Assembly (NCBI GenBank): GCA_049607505.1
Contig: JBMYWO010000001.1
Location: forward strand, 1 to 63,629
From: Polaribacter sp.
GTDB taxonomy: Bacteria > Bacteroidota > Bacteroidia > Flavobacteriales > Flavobacteriaceae
DNA: 63,629 nt
Direction of reading: 5' to 3'
Below are positions 49,775 to 58,112 of the stretch, piece by piece. Numbering within the stretch: position 1 is the stretch's first letter; every line of letters starts with the position of its first letter. Made by a program: the position numbers and the translations under genes. Under the pieces are notes generated by a model, which saw nothing but the letters and a program-made list of their open reading frames with translations, ran no database searches and had not been told where the DNA came from.

Positions 49775-50977
49775 TTATCTTTCTATAAACTCCTTGGTAA
49801 TTCTACTACTAGCAATTTTTGAGGCTATAAAACCTAAAATAACAAGGGTTAGCATAACAATAAACAAATTGGAAAATCTAAATTCTACGGGGTATGCAAG
49901 GTTTTCAGTAATCATAATCCAACCAAATTGTTTTTGAATAAATACTAAAATAATTCCAATGGTTAGACCCACTGTCATCCCAAAAAGCGTTAATAAAAAT
50001 CCTTGTAAAACAAATATTTTTTTAATTTCTTTTACCGTAGTTCCTAGATTAAATAAGGTTTTCAGATTGGCTTTTTTATCAATAATCATCATAATAATTG
50101 CACCTATTACATTAAACAAAGCGATAATTACGATTAATGTAAAAATTAGATAGGATACAAAATTTTCTGTATTGATTACTTTGTAATACAGTTCATTCAA
50201 TTGTTCTTTGGTTTGTACTTTATAGCTGTTTCCTAAGGCTTTTTGTAGCTTTTTGGAAACCAACTCTGAATCTGATTTTTCTGCTAATTTTACTTCTACA
50301 GCTGTAATCTGATTTTGGTTGTATTTTAATAAATTTCTGGCTTGAGGAATGCTTACAAAAACAAATTTATTTTCAAAATCCTCTGTTCCAGAATAAATAC
50401 CAATTACTTGCGCATATATGGTATAAAAAGGGTTTTGAGGGTTTATAAATCCTTTGCCTCTTTTTGGAATCATAATTTGTAAGGGTTCGCCAAAATTTGA
50501 AATTCCCAAAGAAAGTTTTCTAGAAATTCCATATCCTATAACTGCCGTATTACTGAAATCGGCATCTAGCCAAGTACCCATATATAAGGCAGAATCTATT
50601 TGTGTAATGCTATTATAATTTTTTTCAACACCTTTTATAAATGCAATTTCATCTTTGTCTTTGTATTTTAAAAAAACACGTTCTTCTATTATTTTTGAAA
50701 AAGTTTTTACTGACCTATCATTTTCTAAAACTTGCTGAATATCATCAGTATATAAAAATGATTTTCCTTTGGTTGTAGTAATTTTAATGTCAGGATCGGA
50801 GATATCTAATAGTGAATAACTAAAGGTACGTAATCCTGAAAATCCTGAAAGAATAATAAACAAGGCTAAAGACCCCACAATAACACCAAAGGAAGCAATA
50901 AGGGTAATGATGTTAATGGTATTATTGCTTGTTTTGGTAAATAGATATCGTTTGGCTATGTATAAAGGAAATTTGAT
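49775..50977 (-). CDS. LolC/E-FtsX-family ABC transporter permease (probable ATC start at 50977; ORF track starts at 50878)
   Basis: In-frame upstream extension IKFPLYIAKRYLFTKTSNNTINIITLIASFGVIVG; C-terminal IALFNVIG..MII.K..L..LG. Confidence 0.85.
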   Translation of the reverse strand: MKFPLYIAKRYLFTKTSNNTINIITLIASFGVIVGSLALFIILSGFSGLRTFSYSLLDISDPDIKITTTKGKSFLYTDDIQQVLENDRSVKTFSKIIEERVFLKYKDKDEIAFIKGVEKNYNSITQIDSALYMGTWLDADFSNTAVIGYGISRKLSLGISNFGEPLQIMIPKRGKGFINPQNPFYTIYAQVIGIYSGTEDFENKFVFVSIPQARNLLKYNQNQITAVEVKLAEKSDSELVSKKLQKALGNSYKVQTKEQLNELYYKVINTENFVSYLIFTLIVIIALFNVIGAIIMMIIDKKANLKTLFNLGTTVKEIKKIFVLQGFLLTLFGMTVGLTIGIILVFIQKQFGWIMITENLAYPVEFRFSNLFIVMLTLVILGFIASKIASSRITKEFIER

Positions 50978-51020
50978 ACTAAATTATTTTACGTTATTCC
51001 GAAAAATATCTCGGCTACAT

Positions 51021-51416
51021 TTATCTTTTTTTACGTCTTGGAAGTAGGTCAGGATTTTTAATTGGATTTTCGCTATTTCCTTTTAAAGACTTGTCAATTT
51101 CTTCAATATAATCTAAACTATCATCGCCAAAAAATAAGATTTCTGGCATTCTACGTAATTGATTTCTAGTACGTTTTGCCATTTCATACCGAATTGATGT
51201 AGTGTTGGATTGTACTCCTTTTATGATTTCTTCTCTTTTTTCTGAAGGAAAAATACTTAGATATACTTTGGCAATTCCTAAATCTGAAGTTACAAAAACT
51301 TTAGAAACGGAAATAATAACTCCTTTCATTCCGTCTTGTGCTGCTTTTTGCAAAACATCTACCAAATCTTTTTGTAAAACGCTTGCTATTTTGCGTTGTC
51401 TATTGGTTTCTTCCAT
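51021..51416 (-). CDS. rbfA: 30S ribosome-binding factor A
   Basis: RQRKIA, VTSDL..AKVYLS, LRRMPEI.F..DDSL; TAAATTTG promoter at 51428-51421. Confidence 0.95.
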   Translation of the reverse strand: MEETNRQRKIASVLQKDLVDVLQKAAQDGMKGVIISVSKVFVTSDLGIAKVYLSIFPSEKREEIIKGVQSNTTSIRYEMAKRTRNQLRRMPEILFFGDDSLDYIEEIDKSLKGNSENPIKNPDLLPRRKKR

Positions 51417-51492
51417 AGCACAAATTTAAACATATATTCATAATGAACTAGAAATTTAGTTTTTTGTAAAAAATAAAAAAATTATAGTGAAA

Positions 51493-52965
51493 TTATTGTT
51501 TTTCTGCTTTTCGTTTGTCTAATTCTTTACGAACCTCAATAGCACGTTTTTCTGTAACATCGTAATCTTTCATAATTAAAATAGCTCCAATAACACCAGC
51601 TACAGGTAAAAGTGTGTAAAATAATCGCATACCTGTTACAGCAGATTCTGTTACGTTATCGGCATCAAAACCTACAATCCATAAAATAAAGCCACTAAGT
51701 AAGGCTGCAATACCAAATCCTAGTTTTACCATCCACCAATAGACAGCACCTAAAACGCCTTCTCTTCTTTTTCCTGTTTCCAATTCATCCAAATCGCAGA
51801 CATCCGCAGTCATTGACATCATAATCGTAAATAATCCTCCTATACCAAAAGAATGAAATGGCAATGCGTATAAAAATAAGTGGGGTTTTCCTGGAATAAA
51901 TAAAAACCAAAATAAAACATAACCAATAATAGAAATTGATTGTGAAAGAATAAATGCTTTCTTTTTTCCTATTTTTTTTGACATAAAAGCTACTAAAGGA
52001 ATAATTAAAAATGAAGTAATTAAAGCTCCTATACAGCCATGCATTGCAGGCCAAATACCTGCTTCAGATGAATCGTTAAAAATATAATAAAAGATTATTA
52101 ATACTGTAAATGAAGCAATTACCTGAAATGAATTGAATACTAAAAATGTTGCTACAGCAATTTTCTTGAATTGTTTTATTTTAAATGCTTCTAAAGATGA
52201 TTTAAAAATTTCTGATAAACTGCTTTTTATTTGACTCGCATTTATAGGTAAATAATCGGTTCTATTAAGTGTAGATTTCGTTTTTATAAATAGTGCAGGA
52301 ATGATAGCAAATATAGTACAAGGTATTGCCACCCAAATAGACAACTCTCTTACTCCTGAATCTGGGGATGCAAACCAACCATTTTCAGGCAGTATATTAG
52401 CTAACCAATCTAAATTTGCTGCCAATGCTTCTTTATGCAATCCTCCTTGGTCATATAAGACAACCCAAAACCATGGTGCTAAAACCCATGCCCATTGACC
52501 AATAAATTGGGCTATTGCCATAATCTTGGTGCGTTCATGAAAATCATCACTCATTTCATAGCCCATCGCTACATAAGGCACACTAAAAATGGTTAAACCC
52601 AAATAAAAGACTAAAGACCACAAAAAGAAATACCAAAAGTTATACGTTAACGTATTCTCTTTAAATAATTGCCACATTATAATATAAGCTACCCCCATAA
52701 TAATACCTCCAATAAAAACATATTGACGTCTTCTACCCCATTTAGATTTTGTATTGTCTGAAATGAAGCCCATTATTGGGTCTGTAATTGCATCAAATAT
52801 ACGTGGGGCAAATTGTATAATACCCCATAACAACGCTGCAAAACCTAAGTCTTTTACTAATACAATAATAAATACTCCTAATGCAGCTGGAAACATTTGG
52901 TTTGCTAACATTCCAAATCCGAATGCAACTTTTTGTCCCATAGAAACTTTACTAGCGTTTGACAT
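51493..52965 (-). CDS. MFS/GPH-family sugar transporter
   Basis: FDAITDPIMG.ISD.T.S.WGRRR, ADVCDLDEL.TG.RREG. Confidence 0.92.
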   Translation of the reverse strand: MSNASKVSMGQKVAFGFGMLANQMFPAALGVFIIVLVKDLGFAALLWGIIQFAPRIFDAITDPIMGFISDNTKSKWGRRRQYVFIGGIIMGVAYIIMWQLFKENTLTYNFWYFFLWSLVFYLGLTIFSVPYVAMGYEMSDDFHERTKIMAIAQFIGQWAWVLAPWFWVVLYDQGGLHKEALAANLDWLANILPENGWFASPDSGVRELSIWVAIPCTIFAIIPALFIKTKSTLNRTDYLPINASQIKSSLSEIFKSSLEAFKIKQFKKIAVATFLVFNSFQVIASFTVLIIFYYIFNDSSEAGIWPAMHGCIGALITSFLIIPLVAFMSKKIGKKKAFILSQSISIIGYVLFWFLFIPGKPHLFLYALPFHSFGIGGLFTIMMSMTADVCDLDELETGKRREGVLGAVYWWMVKLGFGIAALLSGFILWIVGFDADNVTESAVTGMRLFYTLLPVAGVIGAILIMKDYDVTEKRAIEVRKELDKRKAEKQ

Positions 52966-53007
52966 AATTAATCTATTTTTTAGTTGGTTAGTTGGTTTTG
53001 CTCAAAA

Positions 53008-54033
53008 TTATTTATTATCTAAACTATTATATTTTTCTTTAACAACAGTGTATGCTTGTTTCTTTTTTCTGTTAATGTCAACTATTCCCCAATATTCCTC
53101 ATTGGGTACTCCGTCATAAGGAACTCCGCTACTATTGGGTGCCCAACCTCCAACATCTTGCACATCAGGATTTCCTGCTTTCCACCATCCGTCAGTAAAA
53201 GAAAACATGGCTACACCTAAACAAACTTCTTGTGCTGAACTTGATTCAGTATTAAAAATAGCATTCATAATTTTTGAGGTAGCATCTGCCTGTGCTTTTT
53301 CGTTGATGCCTTGTTTATACTCATCTTTTGCTATTTTCATATAACTATCTGCACCTGCTTCAGATAGATACATGGGTTTTTTACTAATTTTTTCCCATTG
53401 TGGAAATATGGTTTCTGGTTTGTCCCATCTATAGACATTCATTCCCCAAACATCTATATTCGGATTCATAGCTAGTGCTAATGAATCGGGTACTTCTCCA
53501 TGCGCTGTTGCAACAGGATGGGTAGTATCATTTTTATGAATTAAATCGGTTGCTTTATGCATCGCTTTATACCAATTTTTGACATCTCCGTCAAACCATT
53601 CTGGATGGTAATTGTATTCATTTCCCAGTTCCCAAAAAAGAATTGCATTGTGATTTTTAAATTTGTTTACATAGTTTATAAATGTTCCTGAAAGAATATC
53701 ATTTTTACCTCCTTGATTGTAACCAAATCCTACAATTACTTTAATTCCTGCTTTGTGGATTTCATCTAAAACAACAACTTCTTCTATAGGTTCATATACT
53801 CTAATGGTATTGATACTAGCTTCTACCATTAATGCTAAATCTTCAGTTAGATTTCCAAAATCTCTTTTTTCGCTTCCTTTTGGTACTGGGTGGTAACAAA
53901 TTCCTTTGATGGTGTAAGGTTGGTTATTTAGTAATAGTTGTCTTTCTGAAACTTTTACGGTTTCAAGTGTATTTGTTGCGCAACTAAAACAGACAATAAT
54001 ACTAAACAGATATAGGATGTGGTTTTGGTTCAT
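53008..54033 (-). CDS. Clan GH-A glycoside hydrolase lipoprotein (GH2-like TIM barrel, possibly GH158 beta-1,3-glucanase)
   Basis: Lipobox CFSC; IKGICY, INTIRVY, WELGNE, LSEAG; PUL context. Family is inferred. Confidence 0.75.
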   Translation of the reverse strand: MNQNHILYLFSIIVCFSCATNTLETVKVSERQLLLNNQPYTIKGICYHPVPKGSEKRDFGNLTEDLALMVEASINTIRVYEPIEEVVVLDEIHKAGIKVIVGFGYNQGGKNDILSGTFINYVNKFKNHNAILFWELGNEYNYHPEWFDGDVKNWYKAMHKATDLIHKNDTTHPVATAHGEVPDSLALAMNPNIDVWGMNVYRWDKPETIFPQWEKISKKPMYLSEAGADSYMKIAKDEYKQGINEKAQADATSKIMNAIFNTESSSAQEVCLGVAMFSFTDGWWKAGNPDVQDVGGWAPNSSGVPYDGVPNEEYWGIVDINRKKKQAYTVVKEKYNSLDNK

Positions 54034-54086
54034 GTGTTATTTTTATTGTTTTTATCGATCAATTAGCTAGCGTAAGATTAATTATG

Positions 54087-54923
54087 CTACTTTAATTTTT
54101 TTGGGTTTTTTAAACTTTTCTTTTCATCACTTTTTAAACGCCTATTAATTTTACTAATATCTTCTTCTGGTGCTAAATTTTCAGGTTTAATTCCACGTGA
54201 AATTAAAGTGTTTCGTACAGATTTATTGTTTGTAATATGCTCTTTGGAAATTTGAAATTCAGTTTTCATCTTATTCTCTTTAGCATTAAAAATTGTAATT
54301 TCAGTAGCAAAATCTTTGGCTTTTAAAAGTATTGTAGGCATAAAATCAGCTAAAGGCTTATTTTTAACTCCCCATTTATCCTTCATTTGTTGGGTTGTTT
54401 TACCAAATAAAGCAGTATCTCCTTTACTTCTAATTAGTGCAAAATTGTTATTGCCTCCAGTCTGTTCAAATATGACTTGAGATAATTCTTTTTCAGTAGA
54501 TTTTAATTTCTCTCTAGCTTGAACTCTCTCGTGTTCAAGTATTTTTTTCTCAATAAGCTCCGCTTTTCTAGTTTGAATTGCAAAATAACGTTGAGCAAAT
54601 GCTATGGTTTCTTTTCTAGGGTCTCCGTTTTGAGCAATTAAATAACAAGCAAATCTTGTCAACATAATGTCTGAAATTTCTTTTTCTGCTCCAGAGCCGA
54701 TAGTGACCATTTTGTTGACGTCAACAAAATGGTCATCTACTTGTTGTTCAGAAACTTCACAAGCAGTTTTTGCTTTGTTAATTACTAAATTAAAGTTTCT
54801 CCATTCTTTATAACCTAACAAATGCTGTAAATCTCTTGCCATCCAAAATTCAACATTATCAGATGTTTTATGCGAATGAGATTCAAAATCTTTGGTAAGG
54901 CTATGTATTACTGATGTTTTCAT
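54087..54923 (-). CDS. dinD: DNA damage-inducible protein D (BRO-N-like)
   Basis: EFWMARDLQ.LLGY..W.NF, LTRFACYLIAQNGDPRK..IAFAQ.YFA, IRSKGD.ALFG. Confidence 0.88.
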   Translation of the reverse strand: MKTSVIHSLTKDFESHSHKTSDNVEFWMARDLQHLLGYKEWRNFNLVINKAKTACEVSEQQVDDHFVDVNKMVTIGSGAEKEISDIMLTRFACYLIAQNGDPRKETIAFAQRYFAIQTRKAELIEKKILEHERVQAREKLKSTEKELSQVIFEQTGGNNNFALIRSKGDTALFGKTTQQMKDKWGVKNKPLADFMPTILLKAKDFATEITIFNAKENKMKTEFQISKEHITNNKSVRNTLISRGIKPENLAPEEDISKINRRLKSDEKKSLKNPKKLK

Positions 54924-54954
54924 TTTCTAAAAATTATATAATTATACGTTATCA

Positions 54955-54998
54955 AGACCTTTCAAGTTTTGAAAACCTCTTATGTACTCTTATGTACT
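54955..54998. repeat. Truncated copy of the 61601 REP-like palindrome followed by a 10-bp tandem duplication
   Basis: AGACCTTTCAAGTTTTGAAAACCT then CTTATGTACT x2. Confidence 0.6.
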
Positions 54999-55001
54999 TA
55001 G

Positions 55002-56276
55002 CTACCTTTTATAGTCAACATTAGGCACCGAAACATCTTTCATTAAAGCATCTAAATTGCCATTATATGTTTTGGTAATAGTTTTTCCATTTCTTTTTAA
55101 CCCTTTAAAAACTCCTTTATCTACTAGATCCCAAATAGAATATTTGGCTTCGCCTTTTAAGTTGATGAGTCCGAAATGATTTTCTGAACCTAGAGGATTG
55201 CTTGCATCTTTCCATTGTTCGTCAAAGGCTTCAAAATAAAAGCATGTAATTTTTTCTTTGATTGTCCATTCTCGTAAATGTTTATAATACAATCCTTGTT
55301 TGTATTCGTCTGTTGCTCTAGAACCATTTTTTCCATAATGTCCGTTAGAAGTAGTTGCCCAACCTGTTTCACCAATATGAATAGGTTTGTGTACGCCTAT
55401 ACTTTTCATATAGTTTGAAACACTATCATATTGGCTCTTTGCAAAGTTGAATGCTCGTAACATAGCAGCATCAATCTTTTCTTTGTCAGAAAGGTTTTTT
55501 TCTTCTTTTGGAACTTTCCAAAACGCAGGATTATAATGTGAATTATGGTACGGGTATGTATGCATCGATATATAATCTACAGCTTTTGCTAATTTTTCTA
55601 AATCTTTTGTATGATAGCTAGCATCACCTCCACCCCAAGAGGCAAAATCATCTGAACTTGTAATCCATACATCTTTAGGGAGTTTTCCTACTTTTTTTAA
55701 TTCTTGTAAGTGAGTTACCCATTTTAAAATAACATTAGGTTGCACATAATAACTGGTTGCCCATTTTACCATGGCTTCATTACCCACGGCAATAATCTTT
55801 ACAAGATGAGGATATTTTTTTGCTAATAAAACTGCTGTTTTTATCTCGGTTGAATTTCGTTCATTTTCTTCATTATGATTAGGCCCGCCATTTTCCCAAT
55901 TGAAAGCATTTTTGCAATCTATCCAAGCACCTAGCATTACATACATTTCAAAATTTGCATCTTCTTTTGCTAATTCATCTATTACTTTTAATAAATTTGA
56001 TGCCTGTGCTAAATGAACATTATAGGTTCTAACTATTTTTATTCCCATAGCCGACAATAGTTTCATATCGTCTTTTAATTCTTGAATGGTAGGTTGAATA
56101 TCTCTAGATTCTGCTCTATAACCTCCGTAAGAAATTGCTACATAATTTGGATTTCCTAATATATGTGCAGCTGTCGTTCTTCCTTTCTTTGCTGTCTTTT
56201 TTTCATTTTCAGAAATACATCCAACATTAAAACCGAACAGTAAAATGAGTATTGATATTTTAAAACAATTTTTCAT
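55002..56276 (-). CDS. Glycoside hydrolase family 17 (beta-1,3-glucanase) lipoprotein
   Basis: AISYGGYR, IVRTY, IAVGNE, IGETGW, YFEAFDEQWK, SENHFGL. Confidence 0.9.
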   Translation of the reverse strand: MKNCFKISILILLFGFNVGCISENEKKTAKKGRTTAAHILGNPNYVAISYGGYRAESRDIQPTIQELKDDMKLLSAMGIKIVRTYNVHLAQASNLLKVIDELAKEDANFEMYVMLGAWIDCKNAFNWENGGPNHNEENERNSTEIKTAVLLAKKYPHLVKIIAVGNEAMVKWATSYYVQPNVILKWVTHLQELKKVGKLPKDVWITSSDDFASWGGGDASYHTKDLEKLAKAVDYISMHTYPYHNSHYNPAFWKVPKEEKNLSDKEKIDAAMLRAFNFAKSQYDSVSNYMKSIGVHKPIHIGETGWATTSNGHYGKNGSRATDEYKQGLYYKHLREWTIKEKITCFYFEAFDEQWKDASNPLGSENHFGLINLKGEAKYSIWDLVDKGVFKGLKRNGKTITKTYNGNLDALMKDVSVPNVDYKR

Positions 56277-56330
56277 CTAATGGGGTTTGTAACAGATGTC
56301 TATTTTTTGTATTTTCTTATTCAAGGTTAT

Positions 56331-56765
56331 TTATTCTCTCAATGCATCTATCATTTTCAATTTCAATCCCTCGTTAAACGTATCTTCAACTAAGATTGAA
56401 TCTATAATTTCTTTCAGTAAATCTTTATCTATTTTATTGTCAGCTACATAAACAGCAATGTTTTCCATTTCAATAATGAACTTATCTATACAATAGTCAA
56501 TTCCGTTGATTCCAAGTAAATAAGCACCTAACGCTATAGATGTTCTTTTATTTCCGTCACTAAATGCGTGAAATTTATTTACCGAAAAAACAAGATGTGT
56601 CAATTTATCTTCAAATTCTGGATAATATAGATCATTCTGAATATGCTCTAAAACACTTTCTATTTTTCCTATTTCTATGATTCCAAAAGTTCCTCCAGAA
56701 TTTTTAATTATAAAATTGTGCGTTCTAATTGCGTGTTCAATATCAAAATAAATATATGTTTCCAT
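56331..56765 (-). CDS. Doc (death-on-curing)-type Fic-family toxin
   Basis: HAFSDGNKRT motif (Doc-type HxFxDGNKR). Confidence 0.88.
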   Translation of the reverse strand: METYIYFDIEHAIRTHNFIIKNSGGTFGIIEIGKIESVLEHIQNDLYYPEFEDKLTHLVFSVNKFHAFSDGNKRTSIALGAYLLGINGIDYCIDKFIIEMENIAVYVADNKIDKDLLKEIIDSILVEDTFNEGLKLKMIDALRE

Positions 56766-57793
56766 TATCTATTCTTTAATCTTTTGAACACATCTATATT
56801 ATTTAAAATTCTCTCTTCTAAATCTAAACTTTTTTCTCCAAGAAATCTATCAAACTCTTCGGGTGTAAGATGCGTAATGTAATTTTTAAGTTTTTCGTGC
56901 AAGGCATCTCTAAAAACCATATCTCTGCTTGCCATAATTCCTCTAACTTTTTCCCTTAAAGGTTCATATATTGAGTTGGTTATATTTTCAAATTCGTCAA
57001 ATAGAGTATTTGCTTCGGAAAGACGAAGTTTTCGATTTTTTGTTTCAGAGTGTTTTTTTAAAAAATCTGCAAATCCATTCTCATAGCTAGAAATTAAATC
57101 TAACACTTCTGAATACATTGTAGAACGAACATTTTCTTTGTCTTTTAATTTGAGTATTTGACCATATTCTTTTGCGTCTTCTTTGAAGATGCTTTTATAA
57201 ACCTTATTGGTTAATTGAGTATATTTGAATTTATTGGGTTCAACATAATTATCTAAAGCATTTATAAATTCTTTTCTGTAATTATGTTCTTTTAAAGCAC
57301 TAAATAAAAATTGTTCTTCTCTTTGATTTATATATTTAGTACTTCCTCCAAGTTTTTGATTTATTGCGTCTAAAACAATGTCTAAAATAAATGCACGCAG
57401 TAATTTAGCTTTCTCACTTTCCGTTAATAACATTCCAATATTTAGAAATGCACGGAAAGTAAAAACACCTAAAACCGAAGTTTTTTTAAGACCTTCATCT
57501 ATGGTAAGGACATTCATGTCCTTACCATAGGATAACTTAAAGTTTTTCAGTCTATTATGTTTTAAAACCTCATAGCCTGATTCTTTAAATTCTGCTTCAT
57601 TCTTTCTAATATATCTATTAATAGTTCTATCATCAATTTCAAAAAAATCAGCAACCTGTTTTTTTGTAAATCTATATTTGTTTTCAAACATCACTCCTGG
57701 AAAAGAAATTTCAGAATATATTATGTCTAATGCATACTTATTATTCAGAATGTTTTTTCTGTGTAAGTTAGATGTTGTTAAATCTTTTTTCAT
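56765..57793 (-). CDS. Putative DNA-binding protein translationally coupled to Doc
   Basis: wHTH-like FTKKQVADFFEIDDRTINRY; its stop overlaps the Doc start (TAATG). Confidence 0.7.
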   Translation of the reverse strand: MKKDLTTSNLHRKNILNNKYALDIIYSEISFPGVMFENKYRFTKKQVADFFEIDDRTINRYIRKNEAEFKESGYEVLKHNRLKNFKLSYGKDMNVLTIDEGLKKTSVLGVFTFRAFLNIGMLLTESEKAKLLRAFILDIVLDAINQKLGGSTKYINQREEQFLFSALKEHNYRKEFINALDNYVEPNKFKYTQLTNKVYKSIFKEDAKEYGQILKLKDKENVRSTMYSEVLDLISSYENGFADFLKKHSETKNRKLRLSEANTLFDEFENITNSIYEPLREKVRGIMASRDMVFRDALHEKLKNYITHLTPEEFDRFLGEKSLDLEERILNNIDVFKRLKNR

Positions 57794-57878
57794 TTTGTAA
57801 ACTTACGATTTTTGTTTTTTCGTAATCTTGGATATCTATTTTAAAGGCATCTCTAAAAATTTAGGTGTTTTTGAATTG

Positions 57879-58051
57879 ATTTATGGTAACGACATCAATG
57901 TCGTTACCATAGTATAACTTACAATATATCAGTATATTACTATAAAATTTAAAAAACCAAACCCTTCAAATTTCGTTTTATTATTTTTAATATCTATGTT
58001 AGCGACATTGATGTCGTTGACATACGATAACTCAAAGTATTTCAGCCTGTT
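57879..58051 (-). repeat. Two divergent 60-bp copies of an internal palindromic segment of the 342-aa gene
   Basis: 57879-57938 (49/60) and 57992-58051 (48/60) align without gaps to 57497-57556. Confidence 0.85.
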
Positions 58052-58112
58052 ACTAGACAAAATTTTAGAAAACCCAACAACCTATCTTTTTTTCGTAATT
58101 TTGAATAACCAA

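Noticed and set aside
54087-57793. Prophage remnant (BRO-like and Doc genes)
   Set aside because: No structural, integrase or replication genes; the genes are interleaved with intact PUL genes.
57879-58051. CRISPR array interpretation of the spaced palindromes
   Set aside because: Only two divergent copies, homologous to a coding segment, no cas genes in the window.
57497-58051. Diversity-generating retroelement (TR/VR pair)
   Set aside because: No reverse transcriptase in the window, and differences are not adenine-specific (e.g. G/C swaps).
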